The translations under genes and the position numbers were made by a program. Shown piece by piece: positions 23,701 to 35,775 of a stretch of DNA of 64,000 nucleotides (positions are counted from its first letter, which is position 1; each line of letters starts with the position of its first letter). Source of the DNA: Trichodelitschia bisporula (lineage: Eukaryota); assembly GCA_010356995.1 (NCBI GenBank), contig ML996691.1, positions 316,174 to 380,173 of the forward strand. Direction: 5' to 3'. Under the pieces are notes generated by a model. That model did not search any database. It was given only the letters and a program-made list of their open reading frames with translations, and was not told the origin of the DNA.

Positions 23701-26700
23701 CGCATGTCTTCGTGCATGGCAAGTTCAATGAATTCGGCATTGATCAGGGCCTTCCGAGCGCCATGACAAGGCACAACCACAGCAAGGAGTGGACGTTCGA
23801 TCTCATGGCTGAGATGCCTACGACGTTCCGGATGGTGTGCCAGAGCAGTCTCTGATGCTCGGCGATGTCGATGGCGACAATGTCCTCGATCGCGTTCCGC
23901 CTGGGTCTTTGCTCAAGAATGTCGTCAATGTCACTGATGTGCTGCCTGCGCTATACACTGGGTGGAAGATCGTGCTCCACGAAACAGTGTACAAGTATTC
24001 GTTGGTGCCGATCGGCTCGCAGTATTCCCAAGTGGTCATGTTTGTCCTATTGTGGCTTCTGCCCACTCTTTTCGGGATGATATGTGTGTGGGTCTTCATG
24101 CGCATCTTCTACGGTGTCAAGTTCAACAAAGTGGGTATCGAGAAGCGGCAACGCCTCGAAATCGCTCTTCCTTTCACGAAGGGGTTGGCAAGCACAAATT
24201 CTGTATCAGACGAAAAAGCTGTGTCCACCACAAGCCCAACGTCTGGGAGATGGACGCCGGAAGCCCAGACCGCCGGACAGTACTCATCACGACGATGGAG
24301 TACGACATCGAGGACTGGGGCATCAAGATCAAGATTGGCAGCCTCGGTGTCATGGCTCAGCTCATGGGCAAGAAGCTCGGCCATCAGGACCTCATCTGGG
24401 TGGTACCCTGCGTTGGAGGCGTCGACTACCCCGTTGACCAGCCCGGCGAGCCCATGCACATCACCATCATGGACAAGGAGTACAAGGTTGACGTCCAGTA
24501 CCACGTATTGAGGAACATCACTTATGTCGTCCTCGACGCGCCAGTCTTCCGGCAACAGACTAAGAACGAGCCGTATCCGCCGCGCATGGACGATATGGAC
24601 AGCGCCGTTTACTACTCCGCCTGGAACCAGTGCATTGCGCAGGCTATCAAGAGGTTCCCTGTGGATATTTACCACTCGAACAATTACCACGGCGCTCTGG
24701 CCCCGTTGCATCTTCTCCCCGATGTGATTCCGTGCTGTCTATCGCTGCATAACGCCGAGTTCCAGGGTCTTTGGCCCATGCGGACGGACCAGGAGCGCAC
24801 AGAGCTGTGCAAGGTCTTCAACATCGACGAGAGCATAGCAAAGGAATATGCCCAATTCGGAAAGGTTTTCAATCTGCTCCATGCTGGTGCGAGTTATCTT
24901 CGTCTCCATCAGAAGGGTTTCGGTGCGGTCGGTGTGTCACGGAAGTACGGCACGCGCTCATACGCCCGCTACCCCATCTTCTGGGGCCTCTCCAAGATTA
25001 ATGCCCTCCCCAACCCCGACCCAACAGACACAGCAGAGTGGAAGAAGGGCGAGAAGGTTGATCAGCGACGGTTGATCCGAGCCTGGAGCGGGAGCGTGGT
25101 GAACTCCGCATGCAGGCACAGAAGTGGGCCGGATTGAACGAAGACCCGACCGCGGAGCTCTTCGTCTTCGTCGGTCGGTGGTTGATGCAGAAGGGCGTTG
25201 ATCTGATTGCCGACGTGTGCCCCTCGATTCTCAAGAACAACGATAAGGCGCAGTTGATATACATTGGCTCGGTCATTGATTTTTACGGTAAGTTTGCGGC
25301 GCTCAAGCTCGAGAAGATCATGCAGCTCTACCCGGGGCGCGTGTTCAGCAAGCCGGAGTTTACGGCCTTGCTGCCGTACATCTTCAGCGGTGCGGAGTTT
25401 GCCCTCATTCCTTCGCGTGACGAGCTGTTTGGCTTGGTTGCCGTGGAGTTTGGCTGGAAGGGCGCTCTTGGTGTTAGATCCCGCATTGGTGGTCTGGGGC
25501 AGAGTCAGTTCCTCCTCCTTTTCGTATCTTCTCCTAACATATTCCAGTGCCGGGCTGGTGGTACACGATCGAGTCCATGACAACAAAGCATCTAACCCAC
25601 TAATTCAAGCTCGTCATCAACGAAGCCCTCGGCTCGAAACCCGAAACCAGGGCCCTGATGCGCGCTCAGTCCGCGAAGCAGCGCTTCCCCGTTGCGGCCT
25701 GGGTTGAAAACTTGGAAATCTTGCAGTCCACGTCTATCAAGAAGAGCATGCAGGTGCTCACGAAGCCGCCGAGTCTTGCACCGCGCATGACGAAGAGTCC
25801 CAGGTTGCGCCCGGAATCGGTGGGCTCGCCGCAGTTGAATATCAAGTGGCCGGTTCCACCATCCGCGCTTTCGCCTGAGCTCATGACGCCTACGACTCCG
25901 TTGCCCAGTCCGGGAATTCCTAGTCCGGGGATGTCAAACCCGAGCAGCATTAATTCAAGTCCGACGACACGACCCTCGTCACCAAATTCTTATCTCAGTC
26001 CCCGGCTTCCGTCATTACCTGATGACTCTGCGAGCAGTTTCTATGGCGCGGGATCGAATCTCTCACACCGGTCTTCGTTGCTGAGTTTGAAGTCCGTGGT
26101 CGGCCAGCGGAAAGATTTTGCGCTGCAGCAGGTCGATCCCTTCTTCAACGATACCTCCGGGCACTACTACCGCGAATTCGAAAATAGGCTCGAGGGTCTG
26201 GGACCGAAGAACCCGGAAGACACGCTCTGCATCGTGCTCTACATCAACAAGAGCGAGAAGAAGTGGGCGGCCGATTACCACAACGCGAAGCTCTCGCACT
26301 CGGACTCGAGTTCTGACTTGCGCAAAAACCTGCGCAAAGCAAAGTCGGACAGCAACCTCAAATCCTCCGCCGTATCCATCCGCACCGTCCGGAAACAAAA
26401 ACGGCATTCGCGTCCAATCGGCCCAGCGCACGAATCCGTCTTCCACGAAGAAGAAACCGAAGACGAAGCCGAAGCCGAAGCCGAAAACTTCGAGCTCCCC
26501 CCCGACCACACGCCGCCAACTAGGCTCAATCGCTTCATGATGCGCAAAATCGGCTAATGGCCCATCTACACCATCTTCCTGGCCTTCGGTCAAATCATCG
26601 CCGCCAACAGCTACCAAATCACGCTCCTCGCCGGCGAAATCGGCCAAAAAGCCAACGTCCCGTACACCATCGCGTCCGTCTACGCGGTTACCAGCATACT

Positions 26701-27780
26701 GTGGTGGTTCCTCTTCCGCATGTGCAAGTCCGTGTACATCCTCTCCCCCCCCTTCGCCTTCTACGGCCTCGCCTTCCTCATGCTCGCCGTTGCGCCTCTC
26801 GCATCTTCCATGGCGGGCCGTGGGGCTGCACAACATGCGGCCTCGGCGTTTTACGCCGTAGCGTCGAGTGGTGGGAAGTTTTATTTTGCGTTGAACATTG
26901 GGGGTGAGGGGGGGAGTCCGATTAAGGAGTGGTTGCTCCGCGCGGCGATCGTTCAGGGCATACAGCAGATCTATGTCTCGAGCCTGTGGTACTGGGGAAC
27001 CGCTTTGACAAAAATGTCCAGCTCAGAAATCGGCCTCCACGCCGGCACCTCGCCGGGTGAGCTCATAGGCTGCATTTGCCTCGCGCTCGGCATGTGGGCC
27101 ATCGGCGGGCTCATCTACGCCGGCCTCCCTCCCTACTACCGCCAATCCCCTGGCTCCATCCCCTCCTTCTACACGAGCATCGTGCGCCGCCGCGTGGTGC
27201 TCCGGTTCCTAGTCATGGTCCTGGTGCAGAATTACTGGCTCTGCGCGCCTTATGGCCGGAACTGGTCTTTCCTGTGGACATCACAGCACACCACGTCCTA
27301 GCAAATCGCCCCTCTGATACTATTCTTCTCCGGCGGCGCGTGGGCGGCGAGTCTTTTCGTCATAGGTCGGCTGACGAAGGCGCCCTCTAGGTTGTTGCCT
27401 GTGTTTGCAATCGGCCTGGGCGCGCCGCGCTGGGCGCAGATGCTCTGGGGCGTCAGCGGCGCGGGCGCTGTGGTTGTGGCTTGGTATGTTGGACGGTTGG
27501 CAGGGGATTTGGTTTGGGATGGTGTTGCTGTAGACCATGACGCGGTTCCATAATACCTTTGCGCTGATGCCGGCGCAGGTTGTTGGGAGCTGCGTGGCTA
27601 TGCTTGCGCGGGCGACGGCGCCGGATAGGGATGGCCCTGGGGGGGTGTTTCCGAATTTGGTGCTGGAGGGGGTGGGGGGACTAAAAGGGGGTGTGTTTTG
27701 GGTGTGATTGGTGATGCAGCTTGCGATATGTGTTTGGGTTTGCGGCATTTTTTAGGAAGGAGCAGTTGAGTAAGCCCTGA
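20725..27780 (+). pseudogene. ags1: Alpha-1,3-glucan synthase (Ags/Mok: GH13 + GT5 + multi-TM) pseudogene
   Basis: Recognisable from signal peptide and DYNLNQN...SPESWRMPFYT through DIDGFRIDK, EYDIEDWGIKIKIG, SLHNAEFQGLWP, FVFVGRW to FFRKEQLSKP*. In-frame stops at 20797, 21566, 22126, 22309, 25601, 26555, 27299, 27531 and 27705; frameshifts near 20985, 21845, 22970, 23830, 24240 and 25070. Confidence 0.9.
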
Positions 27781-27980
27781 GCGGGTACTTCCTTTGGATA
27801 TGTAGATAGTTGGGTAGTGTAGATGGGGAGTGTTCCTTGGTTAGATGTGCGAGTTGGATGGGTTGTTACTGTATACACAGATACCTTCGAGGCTCGAGAG
27901 AGCGGCATTTTTAATTCCATTCCTTTGTACAAAAAGCCCTAGTCATCAAGTCAATCATCAAATCCAACCCCTACCCAGTC

Positions 27981-29588
27981 CTACTCCAAAAGCCGCACCA
28001 TAACCCCCTCGGCCGGCTGCAGCACAATATCCGTCTTCAACTGCGGCGGCTCAGCCATCGCACACTCCACCCTGGAATACCTCTGCAAGATCCTCGTCAC
28101 CGTATACGCCATCTCCGTCAACGCAAACTGCTGCCCGATACATATCCGCGGTCCGCCGTTAAACGGGATATACGTCCACGATTTCGGCGTCCAGGTTTCC
28201 CATCTCTCAGGCACGAAGAGTTTCGGGTCGGGAAAGCCGGTACTGGGGTCGGGGTAGAGGTCCTCGCGTCGCTGCATCACGAGCGTGGAGTAGCCGATGG
28301 GAGTCCCCTTTAGGATGCCGACGCGGCCGTTCCCGTCCGGTCCGCCCCCGCGCGGCAGGGAGGTGTCTTTGAGCGCGAGGCGCACGTTGTAGGGGACGAT
28401 GGGGTAGATGCGGAGGGTTTCGTTCAGGGTGTGCTGCTCCCATTAGCCCCTCCCAACCCTAGCCCAAGTCATCTCAGCGCTTACCTGCAGATACTTCATC
28501 CCCTTCAGATCCTCATACGTCGGCTGGCGGTCCCGTCCCACAGTGCTCAAAACCTCGTCGCGCAGTTTACGGACTACATCGGGGTGCGTGCTCAGCTCAT
28601 AAAACAGCCAACTCAGCGAGCAGGCCGTTGTATCACGGCCCGCGAGCAGGATGGCGACGAGTTGATCGCGCAGCGTAGCCCGATCACGGGTATACCCTGC
28701 GATGGCGTGCAGGAATGTATACGACCCGTCGCTCTTCGCGCGTTTCTCGAGTTCAGCGGGCGACAGTGCGAGCGCGGAATCGATGTACGGGTCCACGAAG
28801 GCATTCAGCGTGCGCAGCTCGCGGCGGAATTGGCGGCGCGGGATGAGCCAGTTGAACGTCCCGGCCCGCGCGATGAGCGACTGGATGTGTTGGACCGTGT
28901 TGAAGGCGGACGCGAAGGTGGTGGCGGGCTCGTGCAGGCTGTCGACGGAGGTCCCGAGGAGGAAGTCGGTTGCTGTGTCGAGGGTGAAGCGGAAAAAGAG
29001 GTCCATGACATCCACAGGTGCGCCGTCGGGGCGGCTAAGCATGGGAAGCAGGGTGGAAACATGCTTCTCAAACGTATCGATGTCAGACAGGCGATCGCGC
29101 ACGAATTGGGGGCGGATCAACTGGCGACTGTCATGCCACTTCGCGCCGTCGGTCGTGAAGATAGAGTCACCCAAAAAATCATGCCAATCCTTGTTGAACT
29201 GCTCCCCCTTGCCATAGTCGCCGAACTGGGTCGCGAGGATGGCTTTGATGTTCTCAACGTCGGCGGTGAGGATGAGGCGCCGCTTGCCCATGCCGGCTTC
29301 GATGGTCCAGGGGTTTTCGGGCCGGCCGAAGCGCTGGAAGTTGTTGAGCCAGAAGTCGAGGGCTTTGTTGGCTAGTGCGGAGGTTATGGCGGCGTAGAGC
29401 ATGTCGAGCCCGTAGGGGAGGTAGTTCTTGCGGATGGGCGCATGGCCGCCGAGTTGGTTGATGCGGCGGTTTTCCAGCGCGGACAATGCTATCTGGTAGC
29501 TAACGAAAAGGATGATGGGAACGTTGACTACGAGCCATGGATACTCGTAATAGAGCTCCAATAGCGTGTCCTTGATGTCGCCGAGCAT
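27981..29588 (-). CDS. Cytochrome P450, CYP52 clan (alkane/fatty-acid hydroxylase-like)
   Basis: I-helix AGRDTT, ETLR after intron 28434-28484, PERW and heme motif FNGGPRICIG; also ENIKAILATQF and LGDSIFTTDG. Confidence 0.92.
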
Positions 29589-30317
29589 GATTGCAGGACC
29601 GAAACAACGGGTAAGCGCAGGCAACGCTATGCAATGAAACCGAGATCTGAGGTTTCGGAGCGCGAGGGCTTACGGACGAGATCCGAGACGGGCCAGGCAC
29701 CGGTATATGTACGACGTCCGGCCCCGAGTTCCCAAGACGCACATGCAGCCTAGGTACTGTATGAAGTTGGTTGGTGGATGGCAGGGCTAGCCTGCAGGAC
29801 CGAGGAATCCCTGGATGCTAGGTTAAACTTTAGCGGCGTTACCCCACAGAGGGGCTGGGAACGTTGGACATGGTGTAGGCAGCAACCATTAGGTTCATGG
29901 CAGATAGGACACGAGGTTGTAGAACACAAGGCAGTGATCATGGTACTACCATCCGTACAGCGGATCTCAACCCTCTGCGGGATGACAATGGGGATGAAGG
30001 ACGAAAACGGCAAGGTTGACGGACGTATGGGGCGACGTCATGCTACGGCGACAAGGGGTGACGACATACCCCGTAGGACACAATCTCGGCAGTCAGCGCG
30101 TTTTCGCTTGTTTAAACGCTTACCTCACGTCGGCCGCGAGCCAGTAAGACCCACTACAGATCTACGTTGGCCATTGGTGAGAATTGAGCTGTTGAATTGA
30201 TGTACCATTGACCGAACTGTCGAGGAGCATACGTACCGGCACCTTTAGGCTTGCATCATGTCGCATGGGTATCCCCAAACGGTCGTTCCTGGTATGCGAC
30301 TTTGCAGTCGTCCCATC

Positions 30318-30420
30318 GAGTCGGAGTCGCAGTGGGAGTCGGAGTCGCAGTGGGAGTCGGAGTCGCAGTGGGAGTCGGAGTCGCAGTGGGAGTCGGAGTC
30401 GCTGTGGGAGTCGGAGTCGG
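30318..30420. repeat. Minisatellite, 18-bp unit GAGTCGGAGTCGCAGTGG, ~5.7 copies
   Basis: Read directly; copies are near-identical with no spacers. Confidence 0.9.
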
Positions 30421-31315
30421 AAGACCTTCCCCAAACTGTGCCACACTCTTCGACCTCCAAATGCCTCTTCTTCAATTGTACACACGACATGAAGGGTCTG
30501 GACTTCGTGATAGCTGAAATACGTTAACCCGCGTATGAAAATCCTAAGGAGGGAGTGAGTAGAGGTCGTTGAAGCTGCACCTGAAGGTGGCTGAAAAAGC
30601 AAGTACCCGTATGTGACCGGAGCTTCCTCCGCCAAACAGAGCGACTTCACCACCTTATAACGAGTTACTGAGATTCAGGTCTCTTTAGGAGGGGAAAAGT
30701 GGAAAAACAGGCAGGAGATTACTCAAGGAGACGTCGATAGCAGTACGAGAACGGCGGTCATGACTTCCCGAATGTCGACAATCGTCGAAGAGCGTGCTGA
30801 GTCGGGCCTGTTCGTAGCTGCTGCTGTGACCTCACCCCGCGAACCTTTAGCGAATATCGTGTTGCAGGGTCCAGAGATGGCACGCGAGCACCCTTTTATA
30901 TCCGGCCTGGAGAGGTGTTGTTCACAAGAGGTTGGGATGGTCACGATGGGATGGTCACGATGGGATGGCGTTGGGACGTCGTGATCAAGGGTACGTAGCC
31001 GGAGATGTCCCACTCGGCGTATCGTGATTCCGCCTTGTGTGCCCAGATTCGCGATCCTCGCTTCGATAATCGATAGAGATGCCTCAACACATAAGCCTCA
31101 AAGGAAGCACCATCTCAAGCCACACAACCGGGGGCTAATACCGCCCGGAGCCGAATTGATATTCGATCAAAAGCCGAAAGGCTCACCAGACACCCGCCAA
31201 CCCAAGCGCCGCATAAACCCACATCCACCCATATCCAGGAACCAGCCCATCAGCCCAAACAGCCATCACTCCAAACAACATCACCACCAACTCCAACCCA
31301 ACCCACCCCCCCTCA

Positions 31316-32366
31316 TCACTCCCCACTACTCGCCCTCCCCCTCCCCCCATAACTCCCCCACATGCCATTCTCCCCCGTCGGCGTCACCGCCCGTCTCTCA
31401 ACAGGAGACCACTCCAACCCCCCCATCGGCGCCTCACTCTGTCCCAAACTCCCCTCCCTCCTCCTCCCCTCCCACCCCTCCTCACTCGTCACCAGCCTAA
31501 CACCTCCCTGCCTCACCCTGCCCTCCTTCCCCGCCACCAACCCATTCTGCACCGCCTCAACCCTCTTCTTCTCGAACTCGTCGACTAGTTGTTTGAAATA
31601 CGCTTCAGCGGCGTGGGTCGCGGAGTAGGCGATGGGCGTCCAGGAGTAGTTGTTGAGCGCGCGCGGACTGGCGCCGTGTTGGAGGAGGACGCGCAGGGCT
31701 TTGAGTTCGCCGGCGGCGGAGGCTGGTGCGGAGGGTTAGTTATATACCCGCGTTATATACCCGAGGGAAGGGGGGGCGCACCGTGATGCAGCGCCGTATT
31801 CCCATCCAGATCATGCTCCGTAGGATCCGCGGGCGGGTCACTAGTAAGCATAAGACTGAGCAGCGGCAGCGCGCCATGTCGCGCCGCGAGCATCAACTGC
31901 CCTCATTAGCCCACCATTACCACCAACTCCCCTCCCCCCCACCCCACCGCCGCAGGCCACTCACCGCATCCATCCCTCCCCTATTCTTCCTAACCACACA
32001 CCCAGGAAACCTCAAAACCAACAACCGTCCCACATCCACCTGCCGCGCCTTCACAGCGAGCATAAGCGGCGTGTCCCACTCCGTATTTATACTAACACTG
32101 CCATCCTCATGCCCCGCCTCGATTAGGAAAGCTGTGATACCGACGCTGCCCTGTCGGGCAGCTAGGTGTAGGCTGGTGTGCGACTTGTCCGCGTAGTCGG
32201 GGTTTGTGATGCAGCCGGGGTGGGTGCGGACGATGCGCTGCACAAGGGCGAGGTCGTTGAGGTGGATTGCGCGGCGGAGGCGCGTTGAGACGTCGATCCT
32301 GGGGGTGTTTAGCTGAGAGATGGCGGGGCGGGGTGCGGGGCGGGGAAGGGGGGGAGGGTGGTACAT
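31316..32366 (-). CDS. Ankyrin-repeat protein, Avo2 (TORC2 subunit)-like
   Basis: RLRRAIHLNDLALVQRI, TSLHLAA, DTPLMLA, GNTALHH-ASAAG and WTPIAYS, joined by introns 31897-31964 and 31723-31781. Confidence 0.8.
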
Positions 32367-32686
32367 GGTTAATTGGAGTAGAGGGTTAGGTGGAATGCAT
32401 GGCGTGGGGTATGGGAGAACGTGGATGTCGGAGTAGGAGTGGGGAGTTCAGACGAGAGGTCGAGGCTGCGAGTCCTCGATGCGCCGCAGTCGGCGTCGGC
32501 GATTAACAACGGACGTCGCCGCGCAGCACGGCCGGGGAAATCCCCAGACTTGGCAGGGAGGATGCTGATCTAACATCTGGGCACAAGAACACAACACCCA
32601 CCAACTCGCACACTCGCACACACGTATCACCCATCTATCAGTTCAATTCCCTAAAACAAGCTATGTATCCCCCCGCCCCACCCCCC

Positions 32687-34388
32687 CTACGGCAGCGCAT
32701 TATAATCCCCCGACGCATCCTCATCATCATCCATATCGCCCTCCTGAATCTCCTTCGCAAGCTCACGCTCCCTCTCACGCGCCTCCTGCGCATTCTTCAG
32801 CTCCAGTCTATGCTGATTCATCGGGAAGCGCATGGCCTTAACGCACTCGTCGTGCAGCGCCATAGTCGCCTTGATACGCTCGTGGAACGCCTCCGCCGGC
32901 TCGCGCGTGGCGTACACATCGCCCGCCTGCTTCGTCTGCATGAAGCCATCCTCATGGGCAACGGAAGCCTCGATGACCCCGTCGCGAATCGCCTTGGCCA
33001 CGATGTATTCCGCGCTCTCCTCGTTCTCCAGGCCCAGGCGGATGCAGATGTCGCGCAGCGAGATGCGTGAGTACACCAGCGACAGCCGGCGGATACCGGT
33101 ACGAATAACATTCTGCCGCAGGCGCAGCACCAGCGTGTATGTCCCGTCGCGACGGAACGTGTCCGCGTTCTCCGTAACGATCTTCAAGAAGCCCTGCATC
33201 TCGCCCGCGCGCACCGCTTGCACAAGGCGGAAGTAAGGCCTGAGCGCGTTCTCGAGCTTCGGCTGGCTGAAGATGGAGCGCTCGGGGATATCCCCCATGA
33301 GCAGCTCGACCACAACCAGGAAGCGCATCGACGACTGGTAGAACCCGACGGCGACGGCGCTGGTGGGCGCCTTGCGCGTAGCGCTGGTCAGATGCTCGTG
33401 GGCCTCGGTGTAGCGCAGCTGGATGGCGCGGATGCGGCCCAGATAGTACATGTAGCGCGCGACCTGGTTGTGCGGCGCGTTTTGCGGGAACGTGGTCTGC
33501 GCGACTAGGGCGTCGGCTTGCGAGTAGTCGGCCGTTACTACGTAGTTGCGGAGGAGCAGGACGAGAACGGCGGCCTGGGTCTCGGTGTCCTTGCGCAGAA
33601 CGGCGCTGCGCAGGGCGCCTAGCAGTATACGTCTGTTGGCCAGCACTGGGGACTGTGACGAGGGGGCCTTGGGTTCTAGCTGCTCAACGAAAAGTGAGAG
33701 GTAGAAGTAGGCGCGCGGGGCGAGCGAATCGAGAGTCCGGCGGTTGTAAGTGCGGATCTTGGTCACTAGCTTCTCGGAGAAGATGGCGCCCTGCTGGTAG
33801 TGCTTGTTGTCCCAGAGATAGACCTATCTCGTTAGCATCGCCACACGTGTACGAATCCCTCCATACCTGGATCAAGATGCCCAGGTACACCTCCGCCTCG
33901 GGCAGAACATCCCCCCGGTGCCCCTGCTGAGTCTGCAACGTCGACATCTGAGCGTCTGACTTCTTCAAGAACGTTGGGATGGAATCGCTGCTAGCGCCTA
34001 CGCCTTCGAGCAGGAAGCGCGCCGTGTCTTCGTTGTTGGGCAAGAAAGTCTGCAATATCGATTCCGCAATGGAGTTTGCGTCCAGGTTCTTGCGCACCGT
34101 GGATATGGCGCGCAGAGCACGAAGTGTGAAGCGCGCATCGAACTGCGTCACGGCTCGCGAGAGGTTGTCGATGTTCTTCTCTATGACTGCTGGGTGTCAG
34201 CGGCTGGCTTGCATCCAGCGTGCAGCAAGGAGCTCATCGACCCCATCCAAAGATACAGGCGATGCATCTCAATAATGCCCAGCATCCAAAAATGAGATAG
34301 GAAATATAGGCATACCAGTGGACACCTTCGGCGTTTCCAACTCCTCTTCCTCCTTCTCAAGAACAACACCGTCCATTTTCTCAGCCAT
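32687..34388 (-). CDS. RPN3: 26S proteasome lid subunit Rpn3 (PCI domain)
   Basis: FDARFTLRALR, ARYMYYLGRIRAIQL, LRLRQNVIRTG, YIVAKAIRDGVIEA, CVKAMRFP; introns near 34190-34315 and 33823-33866. Confidence 0.93.
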
Positions 34389-34657
34389 TTTGGCGGACTA
34401 AGCAGCAGACACGGGGAAGATGAAGCACACGCGGCGACGATGAGTAGATGCGGTGAAGGTGGCGAAGTGGTTGAAGAGACGTCTGTTGCTACGTAAGTTG
34501 TGGTGGTCGTGGGAGCTCACACAAGCAAGCGCCGCAGCTCGCACGCAGCTCCCCGCCAAGCCCTGCTGACTTCACCTCGCGCCTCCGCCATCGCCGTGTT
34601 TACAGCCTCACGCGCAAACACAAAATCCACCCCCACCCCAACCCCACTCACCCCCAA

Positions 34658-35435
34658 ATGTCCACAATGTCCCTCCTAGACGCCCACCTCGAGCAAATAA
34701 CCCTTTGCTCCGTCTCTATCGCCGAGCTCTCGTACGTCCCCCCCTCCCCCTCTCCCCCAAACTAGTTCTAACACCCCCAGCTTCCCCCCCCCCAAGATCT
34801 TCACCAACGCCCTCCTGCACCCACACGACATCACGACGCTGATCCGCGACACGGAAGCGCACGAGCGCGCGCTGTTCTCCGTCCCACCCCCGGAACCCGC
34901 GTCCAAGCGGCGCACAACCCTCTTCCCGGAAACACCTGGTCCGCGGGCGCCGCGGCGCAATACCGCTGTCGCAGCCGTGCTGGGCGGGGATTTGGTGGAT
35001 AGGATAAGGCGCGGTGGGGGCGGGGGCGCGGGGAGTGGGCTGGGTTATTCGATTCCTAATCCGGGGCGGGAGAGGGGGGAGGTGGATGTTGAGGTTTTGT
35101 TGGAGGGGGCGGAGAGGTTGTGTGCTGTTTATCCGATTCCGGGGGCTGCGGAGCGGATTCGTGAGCTGAGGGGGAGGCATGCCAGGCTTGTGGATTCGGT
35201 GGGGAGGTATGAGGAGAGGGTGAGGGAGCAGGAGGGGCGGTTGAGGGCGTTGGAGAGGGGGAGGGGGGTGTATGAGGAGGAGGAGGACGGAGAAGACGTG
35301 GAGGAGGATATGGGCTGGACGGTTGAGGACATGGCGAGAGAGGAGGAGGAGATTCGGGAGCTCGAGAGGAAGAAGAAGACGCTGGAGGAGAGGGTCACGG
35401 CTATGGAAAGGGATATCAGTGGGGTAATGAGATAG
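34658..35435 (+). CDS. SPC34: DASH/Dam1 complex subunit Spc34
   Basis: MSLLDAHLEQITLC...SIAELS, intron 34732-34780, then FPPPKIFTNALLHPHDITTLIRDTEAHERALF and DVEVLLEGAERLCAVYPIPGA. Confidence 0.85.
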
Positions 35436-35775
35436 GCTTGCTCGGCTTCTCATGCCTTTAGAACTACATACCCTATACACACTCTGTTTTCTACTCGTGG
35501 CCGCATGCCTATCAGCGAGGGAACTGACAATGAGATCGCTGTTTAGTCGGCTTCCAAAGTACCTGTCACCCGTGAACCGGCCTACTGAAGAAGCGGGTAT
35601 ATTCGTTCGCACAATTGCATGCTACATGGAATGTTTAAGACTCCCTTTGATCCTTAGCCGTTACCAGCAGACCGAACGCCGTTCAATCCTAGTCCCATCC
35701 CGCAAGCCGACGTATCGGTATCCATGCCATCGAAAGCACAACTCCAGCGAAACAAATCTACACGGCCACGACGGC

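Noticed and set aside
22309..27301. Rescue of ags TAG-for-Trp codons by sexual-stage A-to-I editing
   Set aside because: Other stops lie at Gln positions or are TAA/TGA, and several frameshifts and deletions cannot be repaired by editing.
20725..29588. Biosynthetic gene cluster around the P450
   Set aside because: No backbone enzyme, transporter or tailoring genes; neighbours are a pseudogene and housekeeping genes.
30318..30420. CRISPR-like array
   Set aside because: Head-to-tail repeats without unique spacers in a eukaryotic genome; no cas genes.
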